Below, piece after piece: positions 61,258-64,000 of a stretch of 64,000 nucleotides of DNA. Both the position numbers and the translations under genes were made by a program. Source of the stretch: Coniocarpon cinnabarinum (lineage: Eukaryota); assembly GCA_051942205.1 (NCBI GenBank), contig JAVECO010000006.1:1-64000 (forward strand), read 5' to 3'. The first letter of the stretch is position 1, and each line of letters opens with the position of its first letter. The notes under the pieces were generated by a model. That model did no database searches. It saw nothing but the letters and a program-made list of their open reading frames with translations, and was not told where the DNA came from.

Positions 61258-63218
61258 ATGCTCTCGTTGAAGGGCCTATTTGCTCTGATTACTACCTTTA
61301 CCCCTTCCGCCCTCGCCACCTACAGCATCCAAGACAACTATCAACCCTCCCAGTTCTTTGAACAGTTCACCTTCTGGACGGACACCGACCCTACCCACGG
61401 CAATGTCGACTATATCCCAGAGTCGGACGCGAACGATGCCGGGCTCATCAAGACAAACTCTGACTCAGTATACATGGGTGTGGAAAAGAACAAGACCATC
61501 CAAGGAGCCGATCGTAAAAGCGTCCGCATTAGTAGCACCAAAACCTATGAATCTGGTCTTTTCGTAATTGATGTGGCGCACATGCCAGTCGGCTGCGTAA
61601 GTGATTCTCATGCACTGCAACATGTCAACATATGCCTGACTCGAATGCTTGCTCCGAGCATCCTTACTAATGTGTTTTCACTGAACAGGGTGTGTGGCCC
61701 GCCTTCTGGCTCGTAGGTCCGAACTGGCCCTCTGGCGGCGAGATCGACATCATCGAGGGCGTTGATGTGGGGACGACTAACCAAGCGACCCTTCATACCG
61801 GGACCGGTTGCACCATCGACCAGGATCCACAAGGCATGGAGTCTTCCTCGTCAATCATTGGCACCTCTTGCGCATCCGCCAACGGCAACAATCAGGGTTG
61901 CGGCATCAACACGACAGATACCTCGTCGTACGGCACCGGCCTCAATGATATCAAAGGTGGTACCTACGCGACCGAAGTGACGAGCAAATCCATTTCCATA
62001 TGGTTTTTCAAGCGTGGGAGTGAGCCAGACGATGTCAGTGGCGATAGTCCAGATCCGAGCGGCTGGGGCGATCCCTTTGCTTTGTTCGACGGCTGTGACG
62101 TCTCGTCTCATTTCAACAAGATGCAAATTGTCTTTGACATAACGTTCTGTGGCGATTGGGCGAATGCGACCTGGGCCAGTGACGCGACCTGCTCGCAGAA
62201 GGCCACCACGTGTCCGGAGTATATCAAAAGCCCGACTGATGACGATGCTTTCTCGGAAGCATATTGGACAGTGAATTTCTTAAAAGTGTACAGTGGCAGT
62301 TCAGATGGGTCGCCAGGTGGTGGGTCTACCAGTGTTTCTGGCAGCACCACCGGAAGCGCCACCGGCAGCACAACTGGAAGCACCACCGGCAGCACAATTG
62401 GAAGCACCACTGGCAGCACAACTGGAAGCGCCACCGGCAGCACCACCGGCAGCACCACAGGCAGCACCACAGCCAGCAGCACGACCAGCAGCACGACCAG
62501 CTCGACTTATGGTTTCGGGTCGGGTTCGAGCTCAGGCTCAGGCTCCGGCTCCGGATCGTACTACCATCACCCTAGCAGGACCACCACATCGTCATCGTCC
62601 ACGACCCTGAGTTCAATATACGGCGGCGGCAGCGGGACTGGCAGTGCCTCGATTACGGGTACTCCCCCCTCGACTTCCAGCACCACATCCTCCACGTCGA
62701 GCGTCTCCTCCCAAACAGTGGGCTTGAACCCGTACAGCAGCCAACCAGACACATATCAACCCACAACTACCACCAGCAGTGCCTCCGGGAACCCTTGGTC
62801 TCAACAAGGCTCTCAATGGGGCTCACAGTACGGGAACCCCACTGGGCGTCCAACTGGTTATCTCGTGGTGACTGACTCCTACGGCCAACCCGCTGTGCCT
62901 ACATCCGAAGAGCAAGCACCTGCACAACAACAACAGCAGCAGCAGCCGTGGCAACAGAACGTGGGACAGCACATGTGGGAGCAGGATGCAGGGTATGATG
63001 GAGGACCGCAGCCCATGTGGGGAGCCTGGGGTGGTCACGGCGGCCGGGGACGACCGACGGATACGCCTGGGTCGCCGTGTGGCTCGCAGCTTGAACAGCA
63101 GAAGAAGAGGAGTGAGAACGTCAAGAACGTCAAGCTGCCGGATGTCTTCAAGAGGAATGGTCATGCGCACAAGAGGCATGTGGATGGTCATTTGGGGAGA
63201 CGAGTCGGGAGGCATTGA
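61258..63218 (+). CDS. secreted GH16 endo-1,3(4)-beta-glucanase with Ser/Thr-rich tail
   Basis: Signal peptide; DPTHGNVDY, HMPVGC|GVWPAFW (intron 61597-61688), catalytic EIDIIE, TFCGDWA. Confidence 0.93.
62340..62471 (+). repeat. coding minisatellite, 12-bp unit x11 (GSTT/GSAT)
   Basis: GGMAGCRCMAYH units, with GGC/GGA alternating in the first eight (24-bp higher-order period). Confidence 0.9.
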
Positions 63219-63429
63219 CGAGGGTGCTGGATGCTCTGCTTTTACTGCGCATTTGCATGACTGACGTTGACTGGCCATATTCTGATTTGGAAATTTGATG
63301 AAATGTGTAATTTCCAAGCTAGATCGCGCTGTCATCTAAGAGTGAAGTTCGTTTCAGAATTATCATCTATGGGTATCTATGCACAAGCCACGCGCACCTC
63401 GTTGCATCCACATCCCCATAGCTTCCTCA

Positions 63430-64000
63430 CTAACCCTCTAAGATTCCACTCTCCCTCACTTGCCCCACCACTTCCGGCTCCAGATACCGCGCCACGCCCA
63501 CCTCATCCTTGAGGCCCTTCCGTCTCCTCGTCTTGCTCACAAAGTCTCTCGCAAGCTCAATCGCCGTTGCCGCCTCCAGCTTCTTGACCTGGACGCTGCG
63601 ATCCAGCGGATCGCCCGGAACGACACTCCACCGGTCAAACACGCAGCTCACTGTCGCCTTACCCTGCGCGTGGATTCTCAGGTCAGTCTCGAAGCCAAAG
63701 GAGTCGATGACAGGGAGGAGACCGGTGACGCGATGGAGCGGCGTGCCGGGTATGGGTGTTTCACTGAGGACGTGACCACGTCTGCGCGCCAGGACCGTGT
63801 ACAGAGCTGCTACGGCGCTAGTGGTACCAAGCACCGAGGTGGAATAAAGTGGCTCCATGAGGCGGGGGCTGGCGAGGAGGAACGAGCTATAGCACGCTCT
63901 TCGCGACGTAGGGATGATTTGACCCCCGCCGCGCGCGATCGCTTCCTGTGCGAGTGCCACGTCGGTGAGCCGAAATTTAGTGTTGCGGATGGGTTCTTCG
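63430..64000 (-). CDS. SNU114: U5 snRNP GTPase Snu114/EFTUD2, 3' end (partial)
   Basis: EEPIRNTKFRL, RGGGQIIPTSRRACYSSFL, LARRRGHV, PVIDSFGFETDLR, VPGDPLD, KTRRRKGL. Confidence 0.95.
   Translation of the reverse strand, partial: EEPIRNTKFRLTDVALAQEAIARGGGQIIPTSRRACYSSFLLASPRLMEPLYSTSVLGTTSAVAALYTVLARRRGHVLSETPIPGTPLHRVTGLLPVIDSFGFETDLRIHAQGKATVSCVFDRWSVVPGDPLDRSVQVKKLEAATAIELARDFVSKTRRRKGLKDEVGVARYLEPEVVGQVRESGILEG

Overview
Eukaryotic DNA from a filamentous ascomycete (Pezizomycotina; short GT-AG introns with CTRAY branch points, RIP). Bases 1-2450 are a very AT-rich, RIP-destroyed Ty3/Gypsy chromovirus relic (integrase, chromodomain, PPT/LTR). The rest is gene-dense with about 25 protein-coding genes: methylmalonate-semialdehyde dehydrogenase, calnexin, a GprM-like GPCR, an FAH-family protein, eIF4A, an F-box/JmjC protein, Tvp38, Rax2, a LanC-like protein, Ogg1, tandem BTB/POZ genes, a CsgA-like SDR, an aldehyde dehydrogenase, prefoldin 2, HapC/NF-YB, Tvp23, a CitE-like lyase, Ipp1, a Gly-rich RRM protein, ChaC, MrpL44, Sec20, a GH16 glucanase, the 3' end of Snu114, and three hypothetical genes. 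No tRNA, rRNA or CRISPR was recognised. The most unusual signals are post-transcriptional: a ~1.8-kb ATG-free region and an in-frame cryptic exon pair at hapC, a GC-AG intron with a competing out-of-frame GT donor in the RRM gene, a spliced-in presequence on ipp1, a 5-nt microexon in chaC, hairpins just upstream of the eIF4A start, and a decaying BTB gene array. All family calls are by motif recognition only; no database searches were run.
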